Of a stretch of 64,000 nucleotides of DNA, positions 49,201-56,416 are shown one piece after another. The notes under the pieces are model-generated. The model had not been told where the DNA came from. It ran no database searches and was given only the letters and a program-made list of their open reading frames with translations. Where the stretch lies: the IMG/VR virus record IMGVR_UViG_3300031687_000005, one strand, 5' to 3'. Positions within the stretch are counted from its first letter, which is position 1, and every line of letters starts with the position of its first letter. The DNA comes from an uncultured virus (IMG/VR IMGVR_UViG_3300031687_000005). Lineage: Duplodnaviria > Heunggongvirae > Uroviricota > Caudoviricetes. The position numbers were made by a program, and so were the translations under genes.

Positions 49201-51050
49201 TTAGTTGGAAGGCTATCTTCATGCACGCTCCAGGAGAATCATTCAAAATATCTAGAGCTCAGATAGTTAAAGGTGGAGTGAAGATGATTTCTTCTCAAGG
49301 ACATAGCAAGCAAGTTATGACTGGAGCTGAAAGAATTAAAGCTTACAAGGCTATACAAGATAGAGCTCAAGAATTATGGGACAACAAGAAGGATGATAAC
49401 GATAATGATATAAATGTAATCTCTCCAGTTAATGAGGTTATGGCTTTAGAATCTGAAGAGGCTGTTAACAGATATACACATAAGCGTTCTATGACTTCTG
49501 GTTACTTAGCTACCCATAACATACATCAAGCTTTAAATACTTATGTAAGAGACTTTATGTTCTTGCATGGTAATATGTTCTATGACCCTAAAGCTAAAGT
49601 TTGGAATACTCTTTCGTGGGCTGGAGACGATAAAGCTTTAGAGCACTCTTATATAAGCGACGAAAAAGTTACTGATTCTAGATATTCTGGATTAAAGCAT
49701 ATAAGGTCAAACGAAGGAGATGCAAGTCTTAAAGATTATAAGTTAGCGTTCTCAGGATTTAATGATAAGACTGCAGAAATAGATGCAGCAATGTCAAGCC
49801 TTGGAGATAATCATATAAATGCTAGGAAGTTTTTACAGAAAGTTGTCAAGGAAGGATTCTTACTTAAAGAAAAGAGTCTTACTGTGAGTGATAAGACTAT
49901 AAGGGTGTTGAACAGACAACCAGAGAAAGTTTTAGCTAACTTCTTCACTCAATGGACTATGTATATCGCATTAGGATTTAACATTCCTGCTGCAAAAGGT
50001 AACGTGTTGATTGGTAAGTATAACGCTTATAGACAAGCTGGTGGTAAAGCCTTAATAAAAGGTGAGGCTAGATACTGGGGATTAAGTAGCGATAAGATTT
50101 ACGACAACCCTGCTAGGCTTAAAGCCCGTAAGATGATTGACGAACTAGGTATACTTACATATCGTGCTGAGGAATTAGCCGAAGGTTTAGGTGCAAGTTC
50201 TTTAAGCTCTCTTATCTTCTACCCTATGGTAGCTGCAGAGAACTGGATACAACAAGCACAATTCTTAGGTCAATTAACTCAGAAACAATGGGATGGTTAC
50301 TTCATAGACAAGAACGGAGACCTTAAATTTAATGGAGCAGAAGAAGACAGACTAACTCAACAGGATGTAGCTGACTTAGAAAGGAAGGTAATTGATGTAC
50401 AAGGTAGAGGATATTCTGAAACTGATGTACGTTACATACAATTGTTCTCTCTTGGTACAATGGCTATGCAATTCAAGAGATGGTTTCCAACTTTCTTAGC
50501 TGATAGATTTAAAAACGAAGACGTAGATGACTTAGGTAATTTACGTATGGGCTCAGTAATAGGAGCTAGAAAGTTTATAAGCAGAATGCATAAGGAAGGG
50601 AAGTTGTGGAAGTTTAGCGAGTTCAAGAAAGAACTTGATGAGAACTTCAAGCCACACGAACGTGAGGCTGTGATGAGAGTATTCTATGGGACTAACGGTA
50701 TTATGGTTGCTTCTTTATTGTATGCTATAGCTATTGCTAGCAGTGATGATGACGAGCCAGAAGATGAAACCGCTAAGTTGTTTGAGAAGCTTTTAGGAGA
50801 TATGCTTTTATTAGGTAATGTTCCAAGGCTTACATACATGACTAACATACCTGCCGTTGATACGATAGAGAATTTAGCTCTTGCACTTTACCATACTGCA
50901 GTTCAAACTGAATACCAGCGTAAGGCTAAGTATGGAGATAAAGGAGACTTAAAAGCTGTAGCAAACTTTGCAAGGTTATTACCAGCTCCTCTTAGAAAAC
51001 CTCTACAATTAGAGAGTAATAAAAGCAAAAAAAGAAGAACCTTAAATTAA
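37251..51050 (+). CDS. Giant virion-packaged DNA-dependent RNA polymerase polyprotein (crAss-like), 4599 aa
   Basis: ATRIPASS...GADLDGD (DxDGD at 45234-45248); upstream KRSTG, LADSASYIT, SGVKK, FGVQNE; HENFH zincin motif at 40251-40265; Gly/Ala-rich hydrophobic N-terminus. Confidence 0.88.
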   Translation: MEEKKLAPTIQPSNDFWSIDVPEEGVQQYDSSLDSSFNEPSSSEGLDVPDTSIPVYRRNLNLEAPAMEDATTAWRQPEQPKVEIDEDMNWFEMAGKSFVVGLGDMVDSFGDIADFMGGSTSSEISQQVYGTDTSKPISDSLHGFADYLQSYGDDVPGLADLENITWDDLSDIDFWGTGVARMLPFALSLMIPATGAAKLAGMATKGRKFTKAAAAIAKGSKSIGITKYADPLVARGLITAGISTVSAGATANLIEGAALAGQTLNEGVKQGLTEAEAMNAASLVYRDNLASMGADIVQYGLFMGQMGIGKGAISSAQKLGAKFAGTSTAKAVAGVAGKAAAKSGVSALKAPGMSDVIRSSFKAIGMGAVHGITDGVVEQFQEVFQDWSVQRRIAEAKGEGDEFPGYLDFFLADEQRPTRVLSFATSLLMSGASNTIRTATENRTTLQTAIDERNESHEMLQIFEKDLDKGVYTVKRKVNVTNEDGTVSQKEVVEELSAEEASNWGRDAAAHTMILNAVKQGDEQVILDFFQSKLDSGNISEEQHSSYKGTFDEIKTAMEGKPTNTLDNKGKTELVYNSWLHSTSKVQLNKQKEALQAKIDEIQAQVDDGPLTQKSADQEIAGLKELSKSSLQAQEEIVTATESRVNEIYSEAKDRKDEETWNKDTGKKLEGIVEKELKGEDLTAEEQALTTSDDKAKGFYSEKKLEGQKANALKAAKKKAGRKFKGYKANAASSKDGTYVYTKRNEKDNTLSVITVSPDGSVEMKTDTIDENLSEIDKKAKEKSEAKTEKERVLREEKEKARDEKDTKEEKKKNITEKNSQFKGKVISPSALALANKLDIDLEESGLIGKGKGKNGRLTKADIENYKPEVKAEEKVEEKGKETIPKYLTGSNIKATAKLALDAVTGVLGAFFNKERAVRIVDKVEAALHKRKIRRAYMMGKGSQRTLANLYAKKSADGLISVQFLDEIYSRGDEGAAYAMGLGVFINPDAATDSAEEAIFHENFHIFRMLYGHLKEVKDMMRAIVGQPVYKTTRLEYQEELLYFFLDKEGNKNTMTQEEALEYLKLKQENASQQEMFSVITSVEKYALENKKDITEELRKEFYESSLNILTQAGFVELKDRAQVHIQDEALAKLGGLYGSVNQDLFISGQNKTEYNSRLKAWKEKIKDSVTEEEAESAFEAVSKGLYKAKGKQSLEEKFKNVKKLIADNEAKYGAYTVKTQQALKKKLLKKSRVIDDVKYLLNDMEGAAHKRALEFVESELDVLLEIDKKENFTVSQLSKYIQEKLLLGESINKSYIDLSSEILSDYWGTKDYKEVRKIITNNEGTIKALIRNQHLTGLTAEASKVLSKRLDESDNAYLKALEAKFSKAQKEVLSTDNDGNKIMIDADDIFSAMIDDNPQQLSDKLYSILEFHLQVVSHTYKRDVIIGKDKLLSYIKNFTEGRTKEEFITDAHGLIDALRIQEEGKSWTWMENNDEHVARFLTTLIEQYELMPKTAVPYTKKGAAMTFGSVLGGLHLQMNSMTTEKGLFLTADGYAPALSRQDVDRVQSALRDAVMFGSEFLNKKQTGNVPLGLLTENVNATPTNVRQAGMLSQLRKRILYTRNLARLVYTPNHVYKKGERDKDLLHFINAFFLPFGTNESGVTFKFNELALDEFRIHDEETDKNLTLREYFEGDRLKAIYNQSISFDLNESVKNSNVTLEELTSKANSDVFMPFFIANITSKIGGAKIQDGVRIDKEIMSQIRDDFDKQIKEAYNSMEKFPTDKEGQVEYVQELPESGLTNSPKGREFQRNGRVTRQIKLTELKTDKQKEDFAKRNGLMSFSTSGIQPGERVWEREIVKEWKTSERGSIAMYTVMDEDGGKNNSSSLNDLQGHKKLSQAVIATFNSEHNEGYMSTILTPEGKTLNLNTRKYFLEYNADSLRDFMKKDKGMPFAELFSYEAYQNPYAMRALENDYKLEFLSLLGDSVSELDRQNISSVGITEGDINEINRALKSGSKEYNQVVRDYSDKSRRYYAKATVIPADNQYNLEGGIAFFLENAVNNPYDFTKEQLTVIDKHLKLVVDITATKSQKDLALKEVKKEYVMAVTTKLQAKMDEVVDYHNAKTREIIANHNSDNDFDLFKVTSQATIDSLLSEGYTIKNSDTQKSKVKGELNLLGKLAFQQTIDGKIQYLNNVETHVAMMDKLGRSPLDAVASMNYFTNKFWLQDLNANTMEEQNFSMKNKRSTGLIAPHDSSYSGNRVETIIFDDQDLDFENESQKVQIYNYETKQLEYVKLTPKLADSASYITQEEATRLEGNHGGLSDVKGSFKLVGYGRNVDNKRIASHTGQKSNQFYFKGHTIVLNNKVRGPLRGVYKSLKAREKFYSTEGLKNHRVLSYADSGVKKFNIKGVNTFSLEELNSKEFDLNGRLDKWGYDEVNNLRGFDGRFFGVQNELDKEATSATVAKQGISNMNVFADHWDTNVQGLSQKVMNAYALALDLQYEEEIASLTYEELAKQDMESSSMPPVQAVMFQEGNDSLPTIRARVLELANSKLRKKGFKLRTEGTLSLQESDIIQGFEISGEGKLVETSSALKPISVSGTEGNLKVSHAEASISQHMAKMLGITKEDVAKAKASGKEILFLATRIPASSAGSTVVLRVAAISDKQGNTIAVNSKTSSIMGADLDGDMLHINMVETGKDLTDLQKAKNDVIQSIIDLYSEPSVVNMLIQEIEIDSTTKSSNLALFGNEEGSTEVNNDLGLLGTNNLYETTKGNVPMIGIIASQNLMYNYISQGNPELMFDSTAISFQMETGKPLTTLDNVVGKDGTGTYYEVCKYLNLVLDDGKNNNRANFQFIKETAGQFIMMMKYGVKPAEISTSIRDMNWAALKGLNSKEIYDMAIDASSILAMEYSSVEDEMPGLNEVIHDVFSRGGKLKFNIPEIVAEAKFERTGEENPDSMVGNKAILLYYVTSQIGQDLKDLSLFVGLDKKFTANPLDNLIQHQAALEALKVQPSIDERLRAKNPLYKRQLEANQKLIQKAIDESTELSNGYAEGLLGDYNFEEVTGTAGVLGVEMIKNKDGDDVPLGIFNKNSNGLVNDSELIGQLTKALTLSRALIHAGYDVSNKILQLGGMFEDEMGLTYEEFAALPTNAGKLVHLTTAAGNVAKAFQNDNSNNQNKWLGNEGILKLISTKGYIKEKGKTQIAGYVKFDIDVAKLQRELEFTEHVDVYRKDFVKLPEALQKFLVFNDLLSTGWGSKNPGKSMIPYMSAKYSSQINTWFSDINDSSVSNFTDDMAIMKEKLSHIMNFTGDNELDNRRIALVLQIGLNGPNATVTINTKTGEPTIKNKHNGGLFSVRTSKIGANPLNQVSEIVFDKQATAEYREVNPSETFPFQYGKGIPYFNQFPELSMLNTMEALTKVKHAENGVSVHEVITPSVTSDTNTKTSINRERWTKDSPKVNPGTAYVFAENINSIGSSRVGGGSAVIRNNPNAIGIVTKKYYTYKEDRTNDNKEQWDANFQDTDSDFELFARTNMKQFSELEKFDSKIFPDGFANSLAAIPNSFALWLQKELKSRFDLVTEVNSKGTGLISKSVQQTNDNKGPKKKFLKIASHSRNHFGDTGVAYTKKEYASKVLPKGQTMDKLSEEMLEDFNLRFKVYKASVKRAAEINKEISKELDDTIYRLDHKNKEASKIALDKKFQNVRDIYANLRDSIDKGTVVIGKESYKLDSMAFDTLLRLAQYNFGNHIAEKQITDWEYAHGKKFVETVINDQHKHSKDISTLTLWMSPGDFGKTKPAVAYINKNIKMTHMKYTRNISLVAKEMNDKLDSLFKHKFGSDLVAKGVKAWMAYMPIGTMGYSEKLFENFYQSHTGLEKITDKKGKVSYRDRSNLELHPELFNKSGKHGNTISLKREGKKYASLHESEREYIEMYVKYTNFYRELIVAKGLYKTTKGANYVANINSSTWETYHRRGLFGMYYQMFKGDEMFSDVMIKGVNPITGEPATLDYFSWKAIFMHAPGESFKISRAQIVKGGVKMISSQGHSKQVMTGAERIKAYKAIQDRAQELWDNKKDDNDNDINVISPVNEVMALESEEAVNRYTHKRSMTSGYLATHNIHQALNTYVRDFMFLHGNMFYDPKAKVWNTLSWAGDDKALEHSYISDEKVTDSRYSGLKHIRSNEGDASLKDYKLAFSGFNDKTAEIDAAMSSLGDNHINARKFLQKVVKEGFLLKEKSLTVSDKTIRVLNRQPEKVLANFFTQWTMYIALGFNIPAAKGNVLIGKYNAYRQAGGKALIKGEARYWGLSSDKIYDNPARLKARKMIDELGILTYRAEELAEGLGASSLSSLIFYPMVAAENWIQQAQFLGQLTQKQWDGYFIDKNGDLKFNGAEEDRLTQQDVADLERKVIDVQGRGYSETDVRYIQLFSLGTMAMQFKRWFPTFLADRFKNEDVDDLGNLRMGSVIGARKFISRMHKEGKLWKFSEFKKELDENFKPHEREAVMRVFYGTNGIMVASLLYAIAIASSDDDEPEDETAKLFEKLLGDMLLLGNVPRLTYMTNIPAVDTIENLALALYHTAVQTEYQRKAKYGDKGDLKAVANFARLLPAPLRKPLQLESNKSKKRRTLN

Positions 51051-51058
51051 ACGACAAC

Positions 51059-51110
51059 ATATACGCTTTGTCTATACAACCAAAAAAGAATGTATAGATA
51101 AAGTGTATAT
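51059..51110 (+). other. 20-bp inverted repeat after the RNAP gene
   Basis: ATATACGCTTTGTCTATACA / TGTATAGATAAAGTGTATAT; both mismatches are G-U compatible on plus-strand RNA. Confidence 0.75.
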
Positions 51111-51113
51111 TTG
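51106..51113 (+). promoter_or_regulatory. Bacteroidota-type -7 box (TATATTTG)
   Basis: 16 nt upstream of ATG 51130, at the head of the fibre operon. Confidence 0.6.
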
Positions 51114-51129
51114 TGTAAAACATAATTGA

Positions 51130-51711
51130 ATGGCTTTAGAATTAAATACCGACATAGCTGTAGAGCTTAATATAACGGCCAGAAGAGGCGACACCTTTGA
51201 AATGAAGTTAGCAGTCGTTGATTCTGCGGACACTAACTTGCCTTATAATTTAGCTGGAACTCAAACTTCAGCTCCAGCTGATACTACCAACGGGTATGTT
51301 ACTATATACCAAGGTAAAATAACCATCAAGAAGCTTGGTTCAGAATTTGAAGCTCTTAATGTTTATAGTTATTTCTGGAAAGACAAACCAACAATTAACA
51401 AGATACCTACACTAATAAAGACGGGTCATTGGTCTGGAGAGAACGCTACAGGTAATGGCTTATTAGCTCTAGGTAGTACTACTGCTAGCTATTCTGGTAT
51501 ATGGTTTAAGGATAGTACAGGAGTTGCTGGAGATACAATATCTGTCTCAATTCCAGGTGCTTACATGAACTTAGAAGCAGGGGTTTATGTGTATGATTTT
51601 CAAACTAGAAAGAAGGGTGTTTACGATAATGCTAACTCCGAACTAGGAACTGCATATACAACATGGATGTATGGTACGTTTACTATAGTAGATGAAATAA
51701 CAAAGCAATGA
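51130..51711 (+). CDS. Tail-associated adaptor-like beta-sandwich protein (paralog 1)
   Basis: NITARRGDTF...GVYVYD...TWMYGTFTI. Confidence 0.6.
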   Translation: MALELNTDIAVELNITARRGDTFEMKLAVVDSADTNLPYNLAGTQTSAPADTTNGYVTIYQGKITIKKLGSEFEALNVYSYFWKDKPTINKIPTLIKTGHWSGENATGNGLLALGSTTASYSGIWFKDSTGVAGDTISVSIPGAYMNLEAGVYVYDFQTRKKGVYDNANSELGTAYTTWMYGTFTIVDEITKQ

Positions 51712-52232
51712 CATTAATAATAAACCCAATAACTCAGTCTCAGACTATATCTATAAACTCTTTTGGTATAGGGTTAAACTCTCTACCGAATGGTTCTCTT
51801 GAGAGTTTGATGGAACTTAAGTACGCCTTTGAAGGGTGGCCCTCTATTCCGTCTAACGTATCTTATGGTGATGTTGTTGTTTTCAATAACATAGTACCAG
51901 CAAATGTAAACCCTTATGGGGTTGAATTAGAGAAGGCTAATACTAGCACACCAGGTCATGCTAATAAAACTATGATGGTGTTTATTAGTCACGAGAGTGG
52001 AGTTCTTACGTTAATGCATAAAGGTTATATTGATTTTACTACTATAACAGAAAGCTCTCTTAGCTCTTACGCTCAAGGTGACGGTTTATATGTGAACGGA
52101 AGTAATATAGCTATAAGCCCACCCCAAACTACAGGTAGTTGGGTTAAGTCTATAGGGTTTTGTATGCCGAACATGGAAGGAGTTTACAGAATCTGGTTTG
52201 AATCAGACAGTACGTATTTTACAATAGGATAA
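51708..52232 (+). CDS. Putative virion structural protein
   Basis: GDVVVF...KAN...KGYI...GDGLYV...VKSIGF beta-rich pattern seen in phage structural proteins. Confidence 0.5.
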   Translation: MTLIINPITQSQTISINSFGIGLNSLPNGSLESLMELKYAFEGWPSIPSNVSYGDVVVFNNIVPANVNPYGVELEKANTSTPGHANKTMMVFISHESGVLTLMHKGYIDFTTITESSLSSYAQGDGLYVNGSNIAISPPQTTGSWVKSIGFCMPNMEGVYRIWFESDSTYFTIG

Positions 52233-52255
52233 ACTAATTATTAAAAATAAACACA

Positions 52256-55200
52256 ATGGCTAAATACCCAAAAATTACAGGTAACATATCTGGAGCTTCA
52301 AAATTTGATAGACTAAAGTCCCCTCTTTACGGGCTACCTGCTCACTCGGGAGGTATAAACGAAAACTACTTAGTTAAAAAGCTAACAGATTCTGCAGGTA
52401 ATGAAACTGTATTCGCTTTAGTTATAATTGAGAGTAGTGGTGATTCAGGTTCTTTCTTGAATGTTAGTGCTATTAACTTAAAGGATGAGTCTGACGTTTT
52501 AACTCAGTCAGGTACAGGAGCTAACAATGCAACTCAAAATGATTTGTTTTGCCTTACACCTCTTAAGAGGATAGGTAGTGACTCATATACTGTTACCGCA
52601 CCTTATATGGCTAGTCAGTTATCTAATATGTCTGTAGAAAATCTATATAGTACATTAGCTACAGATTCAGAGTACGTAGCAACAGACCTTAATACTGAGG
52701 CTGACGGAGCTGGTTCATTTATGAAATTCTCTTTAACTTCTGAGAAAAAGATTGTATGGGAGGCGGAAGGAAAAGCTTTATCTGCTTGCGCTGCTGTTAT
52801 ACCTGTTTATACTCACGCTTATGTAGTTGCTAATCCTATACCTTCAGGTTCTTATGCTGCAATATTGGTTAAATGTAATACTTTAGGTACGTCTATATTT
52901 GACGGTTCTAAAACTAATACATTAACAATAAGTCATGATGGCGATATAACTGGTCAAGCCTCTAATTCTGATTACTCTTTAACTCTTAGCATTAATGCTG
53001 AGAATCTATTTGAATTATCTGCAACATTTAATGGTTCTCCAGTAGTTCATGGAGGCACAACAGCTCTTCAGGTACAAAGAATGATGTATGTACCTGATGA
53101 TGCTTATAGTGGATATACATGGCCTACCAATTATCTTTCTAATAGTCTTTACAATTCCCAGAATAGTAATTCTATAGGGTCTCCAAGTACAGAAACGGAA
53201 GGACCTTTAACTCCTTCAGGTAGTGAACTTACCCCTACGCAGTATAATAATATTATTGCTGGAGCAGGTCAACACATGAGTGACCCCGATATATTAGAAG
53301 CTATGTTCTCTAACGGAGTTAGTACTTTTGACAGTGCTGGTTTAATCTTAAGAGATGGCTCACCTTTCCCTGAAGCTTTCTTGGCATCGTCTTCACAGAA
53401 AGACGGTGACTTATTAGTTCAATCGAGTCAAGGTTTATCAACTAATATATCCATAGCTTCAGGTTCATCGTTCACTCAGAGTATCAAGCAAGGATTTTCT
53501 TCTACTATAGCTAGTCAGGGTACGATGGAGAAAGTTGACGGTAAAACATACGAAAACTTCTCGTTAGCCACAGCTACAAAGGAAGATACATCTTCATACC
53601 TTTTAGACCCACAATCTACTCCAGGTAAGGAGACTGTTGTTATTGATGTTAAGATACCGTACGCAGTATATCCTATATTCTCGTATTCAGCAGCAACAAT
53701 AGCCAGAGAAGGTTTGTTAGCTAATAGTAGAGCAGAATTTCCTGCGGCTGCTATAGTAGCTGGGGCTTCTAATATGAATTTCAATATTCATTCTGGAGAT
53801 GTTCACAACTCTTTTGATGCGCTTGGAGTGACTACAATCTCTCCTGTAAATACAGCTAAAGCTTACAGCGCTGTAAAGAATCATACTGCGGCTGACACTA
53901 AAATGAAGCTTGTACATAACGTAAGAATAAACTGCTTTAACGATAACGACATACTAGATAGAAACGGTTTAGTAGGACCTGCTATATATGGTAATGACTC
54001 TAGTACTGTTAGTACGGCTAGAGCTGCTTCCAGTGAAGATGCTTTTGACACAACGTCAGCTATTGTAGCTACAAACCTTGTACCAACAAATGGTAGTCTT
54101 GATTATACTATTCTTTCAACTGTTGATTCTACTGAATCTAAAGTTGGTTTTTTAGGTAGGAATGCGGACGGCTCTTATGTTGGTCATGAATCTCAAGGAT
54201 ACAACAAGGTAGATACTGTATTCTCAGCTCCAATTACTTGCTGGAAGCCAGGTCGGTCTGAGGGCGCTTCTATCAATTTTGATAGAGTTCCTTACTTCAA
54301 TGATATAGGTGCTACTCCTTCTAAGCTAACATTAACTACTGGATACTACAGTTCTAGACCTTTATTCCATCTTGGGTATCAAGGTGTGGGTGTTATGCCC
54401 GTAAGTAGGTTTGAGTTTTTAGGACCAAACACGGTTGTGTCTGGTGCGGTAACTCCATTAACAGGATATGCTCCTACAGGTAATGATTTAAATAATGGAT
54501 TGTTCGATTACGGAACTGAAGTATATAGACAAGTGTCTGATGCTTTCTCTTCTACTGCTAGTGGAACTACATTCACTCACGTATCTAACGGAGCGACTCT
54601 ACCAACTTCTTATGTAGAAGACATGGAGATATTTGATGTTCCGTCATCTGTAATTACAGACACTACACAAAGAAAGTTTGTTGGTACTGTAACTGCGGGG
54701 TCTAATTCTACTAAAACAACAATGACTATAAAGGATGTGAGTGGAACGCTTATAGCGGCAAACAACCTTTCTTCTACATTTACATTTAAAATAGGTAAAC
54801 CAACTTTCGCTGCTAACTCTAGAAACACAAGCTTCACGCATGCTGTTGATGCTGTTAGAGGTACAGAAGGAGAAAGAGATAGAGTTAATTCTATTTATGG
54901 TTCTGATTTATCTTATAGAGCTCACACTACAGAGACATACATTAAGTTGAATGATGAAGTAGTTGTCAGTTCAATAGGTACAGAAGCTAACGTAAATTCT
55001 TTACACGCTGGTAGTAGCTCTGCTGCTAATCAGAAATTCTCATGCAACTCTAATAGTGTTCTTGCTACTGCTGGTACAAGTTCTCTTGATATAGTTAATT
55101 ACTCTCCTGAAGAGGTTGGTATTGAAATCAATACATCTACAATGCTTAGTGCTAGATATTACGACTCTTCCGCACATTTAGATGTTTACGGTGGGACTGA

Positions 55201-55861
55201 ATGTCAAATGTTCTACAAGACATTAACTTCTGATGACTTCGCTGGTTCGGCATATTCAAAGACTCTTACCTTCTATCCATTTAACGAAGGAGAGGAAGAT
55301 GTGTTTATATCTCACGCAGAATTAACTGACCCATATTACCTACCTCAAGGAGTATTTACTAGTCAACCTGCTGGCTCATTACAAGCTACATGGACATTAA
55401 CTGCTACTTCTACTAGAGAGGGTGATAACAATAAGGCGTATACTAAAGCTGCTCCATTAACGGGAGCTTCTAAAGACCCATCAGATGCAGGTCATCTTGC
55501 TAGTGAAGGTACTTTACATAAACTTCAAAAAAGAATGGGTACAAATGCTGAGCCTTGGAATAATAATAATTCAACATCCTCTAAAATAGACGTAGGTTTC
55601 TCTGTTGATACCAATAACTATGTTACTGGTAGCTACTATAAAGTATTAGAGATTAACTACTATAGAGATATATCTGCTAATCAGAGGTATTGGAATGGTT
55701 CTTCTTGGGTTATGAGAGAGTTTGGAAATCAAAATGTTTGGAAAACTAGAAAGTTAATCAAAGTTGATATAAATGCTTCTTCTGGAATAACGTTAAGTGA
55801 TGTAGATGAGAATAGTTTAACTGAAAGTTCTACAATATTATTCGGTACTATTAACGCATAA
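52256..55861 (+). CDS. Large Ser/Thr-rich putative tail fibre/spike protein
   Basis: 1201 aa, S/T/G/A-rich beta composition, in the fibre region. Confidence 0.55.
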   Translation: MAKYPKITGNISGASKFDRLKSPLYGLPAHSGGINENYLVKKLTDSAGNETVFALVIIESSGDSGSFLNVSAINLKDESDVLTQSGTGANNATQNDLFCLTPLKRIGSDSYTVTAPYMASQLSNMSVENLYSTLATDSEYVATDLNTEADGAGSFMKFSLTSEKKIVWEAEGKALSACAAVIPVYTHAYVVANPIPSGSYAAILVKCNTLGTSIFDGSKTNTLTISHDGDITGQASNSDYSLTLSINAENLFELSATFNGSPVVHGGTTALQVQRMMYVPDDAYSGYTWPTNYLSNSLYNSQNSNSIGSPSTETEGPLTPSGSELTPTQYNNIIAGAGQHMSDPDILEAMFSNGVSTFDSAGLILRDGSPFPEAFLASSSQKDGDLLVQSSQGLSTNISIASGSSFTQSIKQGFSSTIASQGTMEKVDGKTYENFSLATATKEDTSSYLLDPQSTPGKETVVIDVKIPYAVYPIFSYSAATIAREGLLANSRAEFPAAAIVAGASNMNFNIHSGDVHNSFDALGVTTISPVNTAKAYSAVKNHTAADTKMKLVHNVRINCFNDNDILDRNGLVGPAIYGNDSSTVSTARAASSEDAFDTTSAIVATNLVPTNGSLDYTILSTVDSTESKVGFLGRNADGSYVGHESQGYNKVDTVFSAPITCWKPGRSEGASINFDRVPYFNDIGATPSKLTLTTGYYSSRPLFHLGYQGVGVMPVSRFEFLGPNTVVSGAVTPLTGYAPTGNDLNNGLFDYGTEVYRQVSDAFSSTASGTTFTHVSNGATLPTSYVEDMEIFDVPSSVITDTTQRKFVGTVTAGSNSTKTTMTIKDVSGTLIAANNLSSTFTFKIGKPTFAANSRNTSFTHAVDAVRGTEGERDRVNSIYGSDLSYRAHTTETYIKLNDEVVVSSIGTEANVNSLHAGSSSAANQKFSCNSNSVLATAGTSSLDIVNYSPEEVGIEINTSTMLSARYYDSSAHLDVYGGTECQMFYKTLTSDDFAGSAYSKTLTFYPFNEGEEDVFISHAELTDPYYLPQGVFTSQPAGSLQATWTLTATSTREGDNNKAYTKAAPLTGASKDPSDAGHLASEGTLHKLQKRMGTNAEPWNNNNSTSSKIDVGFSVDTNNYVTGSYYKVLEINYYRDISANQRYWNGSSWVMREFGNQNVWKTRKLIKVDINASSGITLSDVDENSLTESSTILFGTINA

Positions 55862-55870
55862 AACAACGAC

Positions 55871-56416
55871 ATGGCTCAAACAAGTATAGAATATACTGAG
55901 TACGGTCAGCAATATATAACCCTTCCTCTGGTGATTAAAAACACCATGGGCGGGGTAATTGTTGTTAGTAAGGTTTATGTACAGAACATTTTCTTGCCAG
56001 AATCGGCTGTATCACAAGATGATTTGGTTTTAACCATAAATGAAAGTAACTCTGATTACTCAGAGGTTGAACAGAATTCAACAACCGACTACAAGGTTGT
56101 ACACCCTAATGGGTTTAATGGAGCTTATGATGGCAACTTCAAAGTTGAACGAGTAATATCTTTAGGTATAAGCACTTCCTTTACTTTTCAGGTTGTATTT
56201 AACCCAAATCTTAGTAGGCATATAATAAATAGAGGTAACTTTGTAGGAAAGGTTGTGGTAGAGTATTCTATATATGGAATAGCTCAACCTAATTTCGAAC
56301 TCAACTTAGAAGCATCGTGCTCAGATAAATCTATTACATTATTTAGCGGAGTACCTTATGGTAGCGTAAGTAATGTATTTGGAATAGCAGTAAACAACGT
56401 AAGAAACTTAAACTAA
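55871..56416 (+). CDS. Hypothetical Ig-like structural protein
   Basis: Beta-rich; C-terminal GVPYGSVSNVFGIAVNNV. Confidence 0.5.
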   Translation: MAQTSIEYTEYGQQYITLPLVIKNTMGGVIVVSKVYVQNIFLPESAVSQDDLVLTINESNSDYSEVEQNSTTDYKVVHPNGFNGAYDGNFKVERVISLGISTSFTFQVVFNPNLSRHIINRGNFVGKVVVEYSIYGIAQPNFELNLEASCSDKSITLFSGVPYGSVSNVFGIAVNNVRNLN

